Shown: positions 30,657 to 51,361, numbered from the stretch's first letter. The stretch is DNA of 64,000 nucleotides from an uncultured Gemmatimonadales bacterium (GCA_963707505.1 CAVPQB010000003.1:352001-416000); one strand, 5' to 3'. Translations and numbers: made by a program. The notes: generated from the sequence alone by a model not told the origin.

Positions 30657-33600
30657 ATGATTCGCCTTGATACGTTGGGCACGCTCGCGTTGCGCGGATC
30701 CGATGGCGGCGAGCTGCGATCTGTACTCAGCCAGCCCAAACGGCTGGCACTGCTGTGCTATCTCGCTGTCGAATCGCCGCATGGCTTTCAGCGCCGCGAT
30801 CGACTGTTCGGACTCTTCTGGCCCGAGCTCGGCCAGGCACAGGCTCGTCAGGCGTTGCGCCAGTCACTCTATTTCCTACGGCACTCCCTGGGTGAACAGG
30901 TGGTCGGCAATCGCGGAGCCGACGAGATCGGCATCGACCCGGCCGCATTCCGATGTGACGTCTGTGTATTCACGGATCTCTACGACCGGGGACGGCTCGA
31001 GGACGCCGTGGCGCTGTACCACGGCGACTTTCTCGCTGGATTCTTCGTCGACGAGGCCTCTCCCGCTTTCGAGCACTGGCTCTATACAACACGGGATGAG
31101 TTGCGGCACCGGGCAACCGATGCCGCGTGGAAGCTCGCTGACGAGTCTGCGGCGCGCGGGAGCGCAAGCGAGGCCGCACACTGGGCACGCCACGCGAGCC
31201 GACTCGATCCGGACGACGAGCGGTCGCTGCAGCGGTTCATCCGATTGCTGGATGGTCAGGGCGACCGGGCAGGCGCGCTGCGGGCTTACGCAGATTTCGC
31301 CGAATCACTTGCAACCGAGTTCGCGGCTGAGCCATCAGCAGAGACCCGTGCGTTGATCGAAGGCGTGCGTAACCGCACGGAACCGTCCGATGCCGTTGCG
31401 TCGCAGTCGCAGTCGCAGTCGCCGTCGCAGTCGCAGTCGCAGTCGCCGAAATCGAACGTAAGTACGGGTGAGGATTCTGACGGAACGCAGCCACGCGAGC
31501 TTTTACACGGACCTGTACCTGCGTTGGTAGCGCAACCGGTGCCGCCGCATGATTCGATCACACCCATCGGCGCGCGACGCACGTTCGTTCGTGATCGCGC
31601 GTCCCTCGTGCTCCCGTTTGTCGTCGTCGTCGCATTTGCCGCCCTGACTACGCGGTACTTCCGGCGCGCTGATACGCCACCGATAGTGGCCGTGGGATGG
31701 ATTCAGGATCCGAGTGGCGCCGATACGGGTGCAATCACGCGAACTTTTGCAGAGTTGCTGTCGACCGATCTCGCGCGCGTCCCTGGGCTGAGAGTGGTAA
31801 GCCGCGCCAGGCTCTATGACGTGCTTGGGCAGCTCGGTGCGCACGACGAGACTCCATCGGCCATCTCCGACGCAGCGCGACGCGCAGGCGCAGGCCAGCT
31901 CATAGAGGCGGTGCTGTCACACGCTGCAGATAGCACCGCCCGTCTCGATCTCCGCCGCGTCGATCTTGCAACGGGAACAACTCATGAGACGCGTACCTTC
32001 CGCGCAAGTACGGTGTTCGAGCTTGCGGATCGTGCAACCGCACAGATTGCAGCTGACTTCGGTCTTCGCGCTCCGACTCGACCGTTGACGGACGTGACGA
32101 CTACGTCACTGACGGCACAGCGTCTCTACGAAGAAGGACTGCGCACGTTCTACAGTCACGACGTTCCGGCTGCCGTCAGCTTGTTTCATGCGGCGCTGGA
32201 AGAGGATTCGACATTTGCGATGGCTGCGTATTACGCTGGGGTCGGCGAGGAACAGACCGACGGACTGGCTGCGCGGCGCGACCTCGCGCTGGCGCTTCGT
32301 CTCGCGAGCCACGCCTCCGATCGCGAGCGACTGATCATTCGGCAGACCTGGGCGTACGCCACGAACGATCCGGCGCAGCGTGCAATCGCCGAGTTGCTGG
32401 TGGCGCGCTACCCTGGTGATCCAGACGGCGAACTGGCGCTCGGCCGCGCACTGGGGTGGAGTGGCGACTTCCTCGGCGCCATTCCGCATCTCCAGCGTGT
32501 GATTCACATGGACTCTCTCAGTCTGGCTGGACGGAGTCCGTGGTGTCGTGCCTGTGACGCGCTGGAGCTCACAATCGCGTCGTACATTGGCGCGGACTCG
32601 ATGGACGCGACGGAGCGAGTGGCGCGTGCCTGGATTCGCATGCAGCCGCGAACGGAGGAGCCGTGGTGGTTCCTTGCGTCAATGCTCGCACGCGAGAATC
32701 GCTACGACAGCGCGCTCGTCGCCGAGCACACTGCGGAGCGACTGTCATCCAATCCCGCTGGAGACGTCATAACGCGCGCGACAATCGCCATCGGTGCAGG
32801 CCAGTTCGCCGCTGCAGATCAACTGTTGAGCGCGCAGGCACAGGATGGCAATCCGGCGCGGCGGAGCGACGCACTATGGTGGGCCATCATCAACCTTCGG
32901 TATCAGGGGCGCCTGCACGAAGCGCTTGCCATCGCCGAGCAGATGGTGAGGACCAGCGCGGAAGAGCCACCGGGTTTCAGCACCCCGCGCTCACTGGATG
33001 CCGTTGCAATCGCGCAGGTGCAATTCGAGATGGGACACTTCGAGCTTGCTGCAGCGCGGTTCGACTCGATCTCCAATTACGAGTGGCAGTTCTCACCCGG
33101 CTTCACCAGCGAAGCACCCGGCCTCGTTGCGCGTCACCGAATCTGGATGACGACGCAGGTCGCGACGGCCCTCGCCGCTGCGCACGACACCACGCGACTC
33201 GCGTCGCTCGCCGATAGCATTGCGCTGTGGAGCGGCCACAGCGCGTTTTTCCGTGACCGGGTGCTCGACCGCTACGTCCGTGGACTTCTCCTCGAAGCCC
33301 GCGGCAGCAACGTCGCTGCCGAGCGCGAGTTTCGTGGAGCACTCGTATCACCCATCGACGGATACAGTCGCGTGAATCTGGAACTGGGCAGGGTGCTCAT
33401 CGCAGAGGGACGACCGCGCGACGCGATTGCGGTGTTGCAGGCGCCGCTGCACGGATCGCTCGAAGCGTCGAATTACTATCTCACGCAGACCGATCTCGAA
33501 GCGATGCTGGGCGACGCATTCGATCGCGCAAGCGAGCCCGACAGCGCCGTCAAGCATTACCGGCGCGTGCTCGCCGCGTGGCGTAACGCGGATCCAGACT

Positions 33601-33668
33601 TTCGTCCGCGATTGGCCGCAATTCGACAACGGGTGAACGCACTCAGTACTGCGCGCCAACGCAGATAA
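30657..33668 (+). CDS. Membrane-anchored SARP/BTAD-domain transcriptional regulator with C-terminal TPR-like region
   Basis: RLDTLG...QPKRLALLCYL...LFWPE...ARQALRQSLY...YHGDFLAGF...EPSAET; TM segment LVLPFVVVVAFAAL; helical repeats. Confidence 0.85.
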   Translation: MIRLDTLGTLALRGSDGGELRSVLSQPKRLALLCYLAVESPHGFQRRDRLFGLFWPELGQAQARQALRQSLYFLRHSLGEQVVGNRGADEIGIDPAAFRCDVCVFTDLYDRGRLEDAVALYHGDFLAGFFVDEASPAFEHWLYTTRDELRHRATDAAWKLADESAARGSASEAAHWARHASRLDPDDERSLQRFIRLLDGQGDRAGALRAYADFAESLATEFAAEPSAETRALIEGVRNRTEPSDAVASQSQSQSPSQSQSQSPKSNVSTGEDSDGTQPRELLHGPVPALVAQPVPPHDSITPIGARRTFVRDRASLVLPFVVVVAFAALTTRYFRRADTPPIVAVGWIQDPSGADTGAITRTFAELLSTDLARVPGLRVVSRARLYDVLGQLGAHDETPSAISDAARRAGAGQLIEAVLSHAADSTARLDLRRVDLATGTTHETRTFRASTVFELADRATAQIAADFGLRAPTRPLTDVTTTSLTAQRLYEEGLRTFYSHDVPAAVSLFHAALEEDSTFAMAAYYAGVGEEQTDGLAARRDLALALRLASHASDRERLIIRQTWAYATNDPAQRAIAELLVARYPGDPDGELALGRALGWSGDFLGAIPHLQRVIHMDSLSLAGRSPWCRACDALELTIASYIGADSMDATERVARAWIRMQPRTEEPWWFLASMLARENRYDSALVAEHTAERLSSNPAGDVITRATIAIGAGQFAAADQLLSAQAQDGNPARRSDALWWAIINLRYQGRLHEALAIAEQMVRTSAEEPPGFSTPRSLDAVAIAQVQFEMGHFELAAARFDSISNYEWQFSPGFTSEAPGLVARHRIWMTTQVATALAAAHDTTRLASLADSIALWSGHSAFFRDRVLDRYVRGLLLEARGSNVAAEREFRGALVSPIDGYSRVNLELGRVLIAEGRPRDAIAVLQAPLHGSLEASNYYLTQTDLEAMLGDAFDRASEPDSAVKHYRRVLAAWRNADPDFRPRLAAIRQRVNALSTARQRR
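31401..31448 (+). repeat. Coding microsatellite [(TCGCAG)3TCGCCG]2 encoding (SQSQSQSP)2
   Basis: Read directly in the sequence. Confidence 0.9.
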
Positions 33669-33690
33669 CGTTGTAGTATCGACGTTACAA

Positions 33691-33735
33691 AACAAGAATC
33701 CCGCCTCGAGATGATCACGAGGCGGGATTCTTGTT
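33691..33735. terminator. Bidirectional intrinsic terminator between rpsG and the BTAD gene
   Basis: 18-bp inverted repeat AACAAGAATCCCGCCTCG / CGAGGCGGGATTCTTGTT. Confidence 0.85.
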
Positions 33736-33752
33736 GTAGATGTCTACGACTG

Positions 33753-34220
33753 CTACCAGCGATAGTGCGCGAACGCCTTGTTGGCTTCGGCCATGCGGTG
33801 CGTGTCTTCCTTCTTCTTGACCGCGTTGCCTTCGCCCTTGCTCGCGGCGATCACTTCGGCGGCGAGCTTCTCGGCCATCGACTTCTCGTTGCGGCCGCGT
33901 GAGAGAGTGATCAGCCAGCGCATCGCGAGCGCCGTGCGGCGATCGGGACGGACTTCGACTGGAACCTGGTACGTCGCGCCACCGACGCGGCGGCTCTTCA
34001 CTTCGACGGCCGGCTTGAGGTTGGTCAGCGCCTGCTTGAAGATCGTGACGCCGGGCTGAGCGGTCTTGTTCTCGACGATGTCCATCGCGCCGTAGAAGAT
34101 GCGCTCGGCAGTGCGACTTCTTGCCCTGGTACATGATGGCGTTGATGAACTTCGAGACGGTCTGGCTGTCGTAGCGCGCGTCGGGAAGAATCGGACGCTT
34201 GATTGACTTTTTGCGGCGGC

Positions 34221-34224
<4 letters not shown>
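33753..34224 (-). CDS. rpsG: 30S ribosomal protein S7 (frameshift near 34113)
   Basis: MSRRK...[34 protein letters not shown]. Confidence 0.95.
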
Positions 34225-34631
<407 letters not shown>

Positions 34632-34686
34632 TTACCATGGATCGACAAGGAAAGGCCCTCCACAACGGAGTGGCCACAGCCTGGAT

Positions 34687-34715
34687 AATCTAGAGGGCCA
34701 CAGCTCTCCCAGCAA
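34687..34715 (-). promoter_or_regulatory. Putative sigma70 promoter of rpsL-rpsG
   Basis: TTGCTG-N17-TAGATT. Confidence 0.5.
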
Positions 34716-34771
34716 CCCGGCGGAGACAATATCGGAGGTCAGGGTAGCAGGTGGGTTAAATTGGAGACATC

Positions 34772-35188
34772 ATGCGGCGCCTAGTAACCCTCCTTCTGTG
34801 CCTGTTGACCGCGTCCGGAGCTCGCTCCGGCTTCGCGGCAGCGAGCCAGAATGCGACGGAAAAAGCCGGAACCGCTCTGGCCGCGCTCAGCCATCCGGCG
34901 GCTCATGGCACCGATCCGGCGCCCGCCGCAGATCCCGCCTGGACCGCTCCGGAGCCAGTCGTTCTCGCACCCGCGGCGCGCGGGATCGCTCCGCATGCCG
35001 TCCGCCAGCCCGGCGCCCCGTTCGCCCGCCTGGCGCCGGTGGCCGCGGAAGCCGCCACCGCACGCGGTCAGTCTGCAGCCGCGCGCCTCGCCGGCCTCGC
35101 GGTGGTCCGGCGAGGATACCGCGCAACGGGACCACCCGGACGTCGCGACATGTCGCTCTTCACGCAATCATTGGCGCAGCCGGCCTGA
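34772..35188 (+). CDS. Hypothetical exported Ala/Pro-rich protein
   Basis: GGAG SD, signal peptide MRRLVTLLLCLLTA, YRATGPP near the C-terminus. Confidence 0.5.
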   Translation: MRRLVTLLLCLLTASGARSGFAAASQNATEKAGTALAALSHPAAHGTDPAPAADPAWTAPEPVVLAPAARGIAPHAVRQPGAPFARLAPVAAEAATARGQSAAARLAGLAVVRRGYRATGPPGRRDMSLFTQSLAQPA

Positions 35189-35237
35189 CCGTTGGGATCG
35201 ACGGAGGGCGGCCTCGCCCCTACCCGTCAATCCCAAA

Positions 35238-35483
35238 ATGCCCGAAAATACATATTCGGCGGTCGAACGCCGCGCAGATAATCCCCAGCCAACTGTCCGA
35301 AGCTGGTTTCGTCGCGAACCTGGACTCGCGATCACCTTCCTCGGACTGGGTGTGATGCTTCTTGCATTGCTCCTGCCGCAGGAGCGGCGTACCATCGCAT
35401 TCTACCCGGCGATCGCATTCATCGTCGTCGGGACATTTCTGACGCTGCGCCATGGACCGGACAGGCACCAGAACTTCCGATGA
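35238..35483 (+). CDS. Small two-TM membrane protein
   Basis: LAITFLGLGVMLLALLL and IAFYPAIAFIVVGTFL hydrophobic segments; start uncertain. Confidence 0.55.
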   Translation: MPENTYSAVERRADNPQPTVRSWFRREPGLAITFLGLGVMLLALLLPQERRTIAFYPAIAFIVVGTFLTLRHGPDRHQNFR

Positions 35484-35588
35484 CCGATTGCACCTGACAG
35501 ACGTGAACACGGCGGGCGTCGTTCCATGCAATGAATCGCGCGTGGGGCAGCGCCCGCATACCCCGCTACATATCCGACCACCCAACCG

Positions 35589-37085
35589 ATGAATGCGCCC
35601 ACCGCCATCGCGGCGATACTCGCAACTGTCGGGATACTACTGGGTGGCTCGGTAGTCCTGACTCGGCTGACGGGACGTATCGGCATTCCCATCGCGCTCG
35701 GCTTCATTGCGGTGGGACTGCTGGCCGGATCCGAGGGACTCGGCCACATCGCGTTCGAGAATTACAGCTTCGCCTTCCGCGCGGGTGTTGTGGCGCTGGT
35801 GCTCATTCTCTTCGACGGCGGTCTCAACACTCCGCCATCGTCACTGCGCCCCGTCGCCGCGCCCGCGCTTCTGCTTGCAACGGTCGGCGTTGTCGCGACA
35901 GCAGGAATACTCGCGACGTTCGCGCACTTCGCCGGCGCCGTGGACTGGCCCATTGCCCTCCTGATCGGCTCAGTCGTTTCATCGACCGATGCAGCAGCCG
36001 TATTCGCAACGCTGCGTGGGAGCGGAACATCGCTCAAGTCGCGCGTCGGCCGATTGCTGGAGGCGGAGTCCGGCCTCAACGATCCGGTGGCGATAATTCT
36101 CACCATATCGCTCACGACTTTCGTGGTGCACCGCACGCTCGAGAACGGCGGAAGTGTGTGGATGCTGCCGCTCACCGCTGCCTTCGAGATCATCGTCGGC
36201 GGCGTCGCCGGCTGGATCGCCGGAACGCTATCGACAAAGCTGATCACGCAGGTGCGACTCGAATCAGCCGGCCTCTATCCTGTCCTCACGCTCGCGGTCG
36301 CGATGACGGTTTTCGGAGTTACGACACTTGTTCACGGTAGCGGCTTCATGGCCGTGTACGTGGCAGGAGTCGTGATCGCAGGCGCGAGCCAACTCCCGCA
36401 CAAACCCGCGATTCTACGCGTGCACGATGCGTTCGCGTGGCTCGCGCAGATAGGAATGTTTCTCGTGCTCGGATTGCTTGCCTTTCCAACAAGGCTCGCA
36501 GCGGCAGCACTGCCTGGGCTTGGACTCGCGGTCGTGCTCACACTGATCGCGCGGCCAGCGGCGGTCGCGCTGTGTCTCGCACCGTTCCGTTACTCGTTTC
36601 GCGAGACGACGTTTATCGGAATCGTCGGCCTGCGGGGCGCAGTTCCGGTCGTGCTCGCCACCATTCCCGTGATGGCGGGCGTAGCCGGCGGACGACGCAT
36701 CTTCGACGTCGTTTTCTTCATCGTCGTTCTGAATACGCTTGATGCCGGGTACGATCGTCGCGTGGCTCGCGCGCCGGCTGGGTGTGGTCGGGTATCGCGA
36801 CACCGGAGGCGGCGGCGACGATCGTGATAGAATCGAGCGAGCCGATGCAGAGCTCACTCAGATCCTACTTCGTGGATAGAGCGCTGCCGGTGTGCGGCGT
36901 TCAGCTTTCCGAGATACCATTTCCGGATGGCGCTGCGGTCACGATGATCGTACGCGGCTCCGAGCTGCTCGTCGCGGAAGGCTCGACGGAATTGCAGGCC
37001 GGCGATCATGTGTATGTGCTCGCTTCTGCAGAGGCGGAGCCCGATGGTTCGACTTCTCTTTGGAAGTCCCGAAATTCTGGAGTGA
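35589..37085 (+). CDS. cvrA: Potassium/proton antiporter CvrA/NhaP2 family with C-terminal RCK_C domain (frameshifts near 36745 and 37040)
   Basis: LILFDGGL, SSTDAAAVF, EAESGLNDPVA, GLRGAVPVVLA; TELQAGDHVYV. Confidence 0.88.
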
Positions 37086-37086
37086 A

Positions 37087-37126
37087 AAAGCAAAAGGCGC
37101 ATCCGATTGGATGCGCCTTTTGCTTT
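37087..37126. terminator. Bidirectional intrinsic terminator between cvrA and rpoC
   Basis: AAAGCAAAAGGCGCATCC-GATT-GGATGCGCCTTTTGCTTT perfect inverted repeat. Confidence 0.9.
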
Positions 37127-37146
37127 AACTCTCTCGCGCTCGACTA

Positions 37147-46154
<9,008 letters not shown>

Positions 46155-46333
46155 GAATCACCTACAGGCGCAAATAGCCCCGCCCGCCAGCCGCGAAATT
46201 TTCGCGGATCCGGGTGGAGCGACTGCAAAACTTCAATTGTGGTGCGACGTGGTCTGGGTCATCTCGTCGCAGTGAGAGTAACGGCGCGGGGAACTCGGAC
46301 GAGGCGAAGCCGTCTCCAGCTGCTCCGTGATGG

Positions 46334-46734
46334 TTACTTCACTTCGACAACCGCACCCTGCTCTTCGAGCTTCGCTTTCATTGCTGGCGGCCTCGTCCTT
46401 GGTGACGCCGGTCTTCACAGCGCTCGGCGCACCGTCGACGAGATCCTTCGCTTCCTTGAGTCCAAGACCGGTGAGCTCGCGCACGACCTTGATGACCTGG
46501 ATCTTCTTCGCGCCGGCTTCCTTGAGGGTGACCGTCGAACTCGGTCTGCTCTTCGGCTGCCGCGGCAGCGGCGCCACCGGCGCCACCAGCTGCCGGAGCC
46601 GCGCCAACTGGCGCGGCTGAGATCGTGACGTTGAACTTGGTCTTGAAAGCTTCGACGAGCTCGGACAGCTCGAGCACCGTCATGTTGCCGATTGCGTCGA
46701 GAATTTCGTCCTTGCTCATGGTTGCGTTTGCCAT
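46334..46734 (-). CDS. rplL: 50S ribosomal protein L7/L12 (frameshifts)
   Basis: [39 protein letters not shown]. Confidence 0.93.
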
Positions 46735-46758
46735 TGTAGTTGTTCTCCGGGAGAAATG

Positions 46759-47276
46759 TTAGGCGCCTTCGCGCTGAGTCTTGAGCGCGTCGAGCGCGCC
46801 TGCAAACATGTACAAAAGTCCGTTGAGCGCGCCCACGAAGGCGGCCATCGGGGACTGCATGCCGGCTCCGAGATCAGCCAGCATTTGCTCCCGCGAGGGA
46901 AGCGATGCGAGCTGCTTCACCTGCGCTTGTCTGATCGCCTTGCCCTCGAGCATCCCACCCTTCACTGCCGGCTTCTGCTCGTTCTCCTTCGCGAAGTCCG
47001 TGAGGACCTTGGCCGCCGCCACCGGGTCCTTCCCGACCACGAGGCCGGTCGGTCCCTTGCAGCTCGCGCCGACGAGACCACTCTCGTTGACTGCGCGCAG
47101 CGCCAGCGTGTTCTTGATGACCACGTAATCGACGCCTGCTCTCTCGAGGCGGCGGCGAAGCTCGGTCATCCGCTTCACGTTGAGTCCGGTGAAGTCGGTG
47201 TAGTAGAGCGACCGACGCGCTCTTGAGCTTGTCGCGTCAGCTCGGTGACGAGCTGCTCCTTCTCGGTTCTCTTCAT
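46759..47276 (-). CDS. rplJ: 50S ribosomal protein L10 (frameshifts)
   Basis: [22 protein letters not shown]. Confidence 0.92.
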
Positions 47277-47288
47277 GATGTCGGTCTC

Positions 47289-47982
47289 CTAGCGGTACGG
47301 GGTGATGTCGATGCTGACGCCCGGGCCCATCGTGCTGGAGATCGCGACGTTGCGGACGTACACGCCCTTCGCCGCAGCCGGCTTCGAGCGAACGATCTGA
47401 TCCATGAACGCCGTGAAGTTCGTCTGCGAGCGCTTCCGGTGCGAACGAAACCTTGCCGATCGCTGCGTGCACGTTCCCGCCCTTGTCGACGCGGAACTCG
47501 ATCTTACCGGCCTTCACTTCCTTCACAGCGCGGGCGACGTCGAACGTCACCGTACCGGCCTTCGGGTTCGGCATCAGTCCGCGCGGTCCGAGAATCGCGT
47601 CCGAGCGCGCCGAGCTGACCCATCTGGTCCGGGGTGGCGATGAGCACGTCGAAGTCGAGCCAGTTTTCCTTGATCTTCGCGATGTACTCGGTGCCGACGA
47701 AATCGGCGCCTGCAGCCTCGGCTTCGCGTGCCTTGTCGCCGACGGCGATGACGAGCACGCGCACCGACTTACCAGTACCAGCTGGTAGAACGACCGTTCC
47801 ACGCACGACCTGATCGGCGTGCTGCGGATCGACGCCCAGACGGACCGCGACTTCCACGGTCTCGTCGAACTTGGCGAACGCCGCCGACTTGACGAGCTCG
47901 ATCGCCTTTGTAGCCTCGTAGCCAGGCGCTTCCGGGCACCGCTTCTCGGCGGCGCTTTGTACTTCTTTCCGTGCTGTCGCAT
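47289..47982 (-). CDS. rplA: 50S ribosomal protein L1 (frameshifts)
   Basis: [33 protein letters not shown]. Confidence 0.92.
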
Positions 47983-48405
47983 CAGTCCTTCACCTCGATA
48001 CCCATCGAGCGCGCGGCGCCGGCGATCATCGCCATTGCCGACTCGATGGATTCGTAGTTGAGATCGGGCATCTTGATCTCCGCGATCTTGCTGACCTGCG
48101 CCTTGGTGACAGATCCCACCTTGTTGCGGTTCGGCGTACCGGAGCCCTTCTCAACCCCAGCTTCTCTTCTTCAGCAGGACCGCCGCGGGCGGCGTCTTGG
48201 TGATGAAGGTGAAGGACTTGTCCGCGTAGATCGTGATCTCGACCGGGAGAATCGTATCCTGGCCCTGCGTCCGAGCGTTGAACTCTTTGCAGAAGGCCAT
48301 GATGTTGATTCCCTGCGGGCCGAGAGCCGTACCGACGGGGGGCGCCGGGTTCGCCTTGCCTGCAGGGATCTGCAGCTTGACGAATCCAATGACCTTTTTT
48401 GCCAT
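47982..48405 (-). CDS. rplK: 50S ribosomal protein L11 (frameshifts)
   Basis: [29 protein letters not shown]. Confidence 0.93.
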
Positions 48406-48594
48406 GATACTCCTTAAACGTTTTCACCCGCGATCCGCTGCGGGCTTCGAACTCCCACGGTGTGTTTAAAGTCGTTGTGGTATCCGACTGGCGGCGGACC
48501 GATACCTGATCGCGCCATCCTACCCTGCTATCGACGTATCCGGCTGCATGCTCGGGATCGACGCTCGTTGGCCCGACGCTCGTCTGGCAGCATC

Positions 48595-48610
48595 ACGCAT
48601 GCGTCGCCCC
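48595..48610. repeat. Truncated REP-like palindrome
   Basis: ACGCATGCGTCGCCCC just after the nusG stop. Confidence 0.55.
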
Positions 48611-48615
48611 GACGA

Positions 48616-49162
48616 TCAATATCCCTTCAGATCCAGGTAATCCAACTCCACCGTCGTCGGCCGTCCGAACAGCGACACCGACACGCGGACCTTGCCCTTG
48701 TCCGAAAGCACTTCCTCGACAGTCCCGTTGAAATCCGTGAACGGCCCTGTCGTGATCGCTACCGCCTGACCCACCAGGAATGGGATCTCTTCCTTCGCAG
48801 CGACCGTCTCCTCTTCCTCGGCGAGGCCAAGCAGGCGGTTCACTTCGTCGGGCCGAAGGGCGTGCGGCTCGCGGTCCTCGTGACCCACGAACTTGATGAC
48901 GCCCTGGATTCCGTTGATCGTGTGAAGCCGTCTCCTGATTCATGACCATCTCGACCAGCACGTACCCCGGAAAGATCTTGCGCTCGACGTTGACCTTCTT
49001 GCCGTTCTTGATCTCGACGACTTCCTGCGTCGGAACCAGCGCCTGACGGATCACGCGCTGGTCCGGCGGCAGCGGATCGCTCTCGATCTTGCGCTGGATC
49101 AGCGACCGCACCTTGTTCTCATGCCCAGACGTCGTCTGGATTGCGTACCATCGGTAATCCAC
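48616..49162 (-). CDS. nusG: Transcription termination/antitermination factor NusG (frameshift near 48925)
   Basis: WYAIQTTSGHENKV, FPGYVLV, GPFTDFNG, LFGRPT. Confidence 0.94.
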
Positions 49163-49165
49163 GGG

Positions 49166-49425
49166 TTAGTGCCCCGCGAACAGCGACGGAATACCGTGCA
49201 CCAGTATCGCTGGAGTATCACGTCGATGATACCGATCACAGCTCCGATGAAGAGCACGAAGATGATGATCTTGATCGTCGTGTCCTTGAGCTGCGCACGG
49301 TCCGGCCAGATGACCTTGCGCATCTCCGCGATCACTTCGTGGTAGAACGTGACGAGTTCCCTGGTCCAACGCACAACAGGGTTGACGTGTGGCTCGACTG
49401 TCGCAGGAACCGCTTCCCGGGCCAT
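49166..49425 (-). CDS. secE: Preprotein translocase SecE (frameshift near 3' end)
   Basis: EMRKVIWP motif plus TM segment. Confidence 0.88.
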
Positions 49426-49579
49426 CTACTTCGTTTCCTTATGAACCTTATGGCAATCGCAACGCGGGCAGTACTTCTTCCACTCGACCCGCTCTGGATG
49501 CAGACGCCGGTTCTTGGTGGTGAAGTAGTTGCTGATTCTTACAATCGTTGCACGCTAGGATGATCTTATCGCGTGGCAT
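49426..49579 (-). CDS. rpmG: 50S ribosomal protein L33, Zn-binding type (one indel)
   Basis: [22 protein letters not shown]...[17 protein letters not shown], translated manually. Confidence 0.9.
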
Positions 49580-49608
49580 GTTTTAACTCGAGTATTTGAG
49601 GACAGCTC

Positions 49609-49663
49609 GTACGAGCAGGCCACCGTGCCTGCCCAATGGGCGACCACGGATGGTCGCCCCTAC
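49609..49663. repeat. Inverted REP-like doublet
   Basis: GTAC-GAGCAGGC..GCCTGCCC facing GGGCGACCA-CGGA-TGGTCGCCC-CTAC. Confidence 0.65.
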
Positions 49664-49673
49664 ATGTCGTACC

Positions 49674-50869
<1,196 letters not shown>

Positions 50870-50883
50870 GATCCTCGTTTCCC

Positions 50884-50967
50884 TTTGTTCGTTGTTGGGG
50901 CGACGCATGCGTCGCCCTTACTGCGTTTGTTCGTCGTTGGGGCGACGCATGCGTCGCCCCTGCCACG
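50884..50967. repeat. Tandem 42-bp repeat containing GGGCGACGCATGCGTCGCCC
   Basis: TTTGTTCGT(T/C)GTTGGGGCGACGCATGCGTCGCCC twice. Confidence 0.85.
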
Positions 50968-50985
50968 TTTATTCGATACCACCGA

Positions 50986-51058
50986 AGCTCGCGATCGGGA
51001 TTGAACCGATGACCTCACCCTTACCAAGGGTGTGCTCTACCAACTGAGCTACGCGAGC
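50986..51058 (-). tRNA. tRNA-Thr(GGT)
   Basis: Cloverleaf, anticodon loop TTGGTAA, T-loop GGTTCAATCC. Confidence 0.95.
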
Positions 51059-51101
51059 GATTCGTCCTTCTTCCCGGAGATCCCTTTCCGGCAATTCCTG
51101 C

Positions 51102-51127
51102 GGGCAGGCCCCTGTGCCTGCCCCTAG
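51102..51127 (-). repeat. REP-like palindrome between tRNA genes
   Basis: CTAG-GGGCAGGC-ACAGGG-GCCTGCCC. Confidence 0.6.
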
Positions 51128-51200
51128 AGCGGGAGACGGGACTCGAACCCGCGACATCAAGCTTGGAAGGCTAGCGCTCTACCAACTGAGCTACTCCCGC
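51128..51200 (-). tRNA. tRNA-Gly(TCC)
   Basis: GCGGGAG acceptor stem, loop CTTCCAA, GGTTCGAGTCC. Confidence 0.95.
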
Positions 51201-51228
51201 AACAGTGCTGAACTATGCGTCGAACAAA

Positions 51229-51311
51229 TGGTGGGGGAAGGATTCGAACCTTCGAAGGCGTTAGCCGGCAGATTTACAGTCTGCTCCCGTTGGCCACTTG
51301 GGTACCCCACC
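51229..51311 (-). tRNA. tRNA-Tyr(GTA)
   Basis: Loop CTGTAAA, long variable arm, GGTTCGAATCC. Confidence 0.95.
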
Positions 51312-51361
51312 CGAGTCCTGCGCGACCACCGTGTGCCGCATGTAACCCCCCTTTCCCGCAG

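Noticed and set aside
24278..33752. Prophage, ICE or defence island
   Set aside because: No integrase, transposase, phage, nuclease or toxin motifs and no att-like direct repeats were recognised
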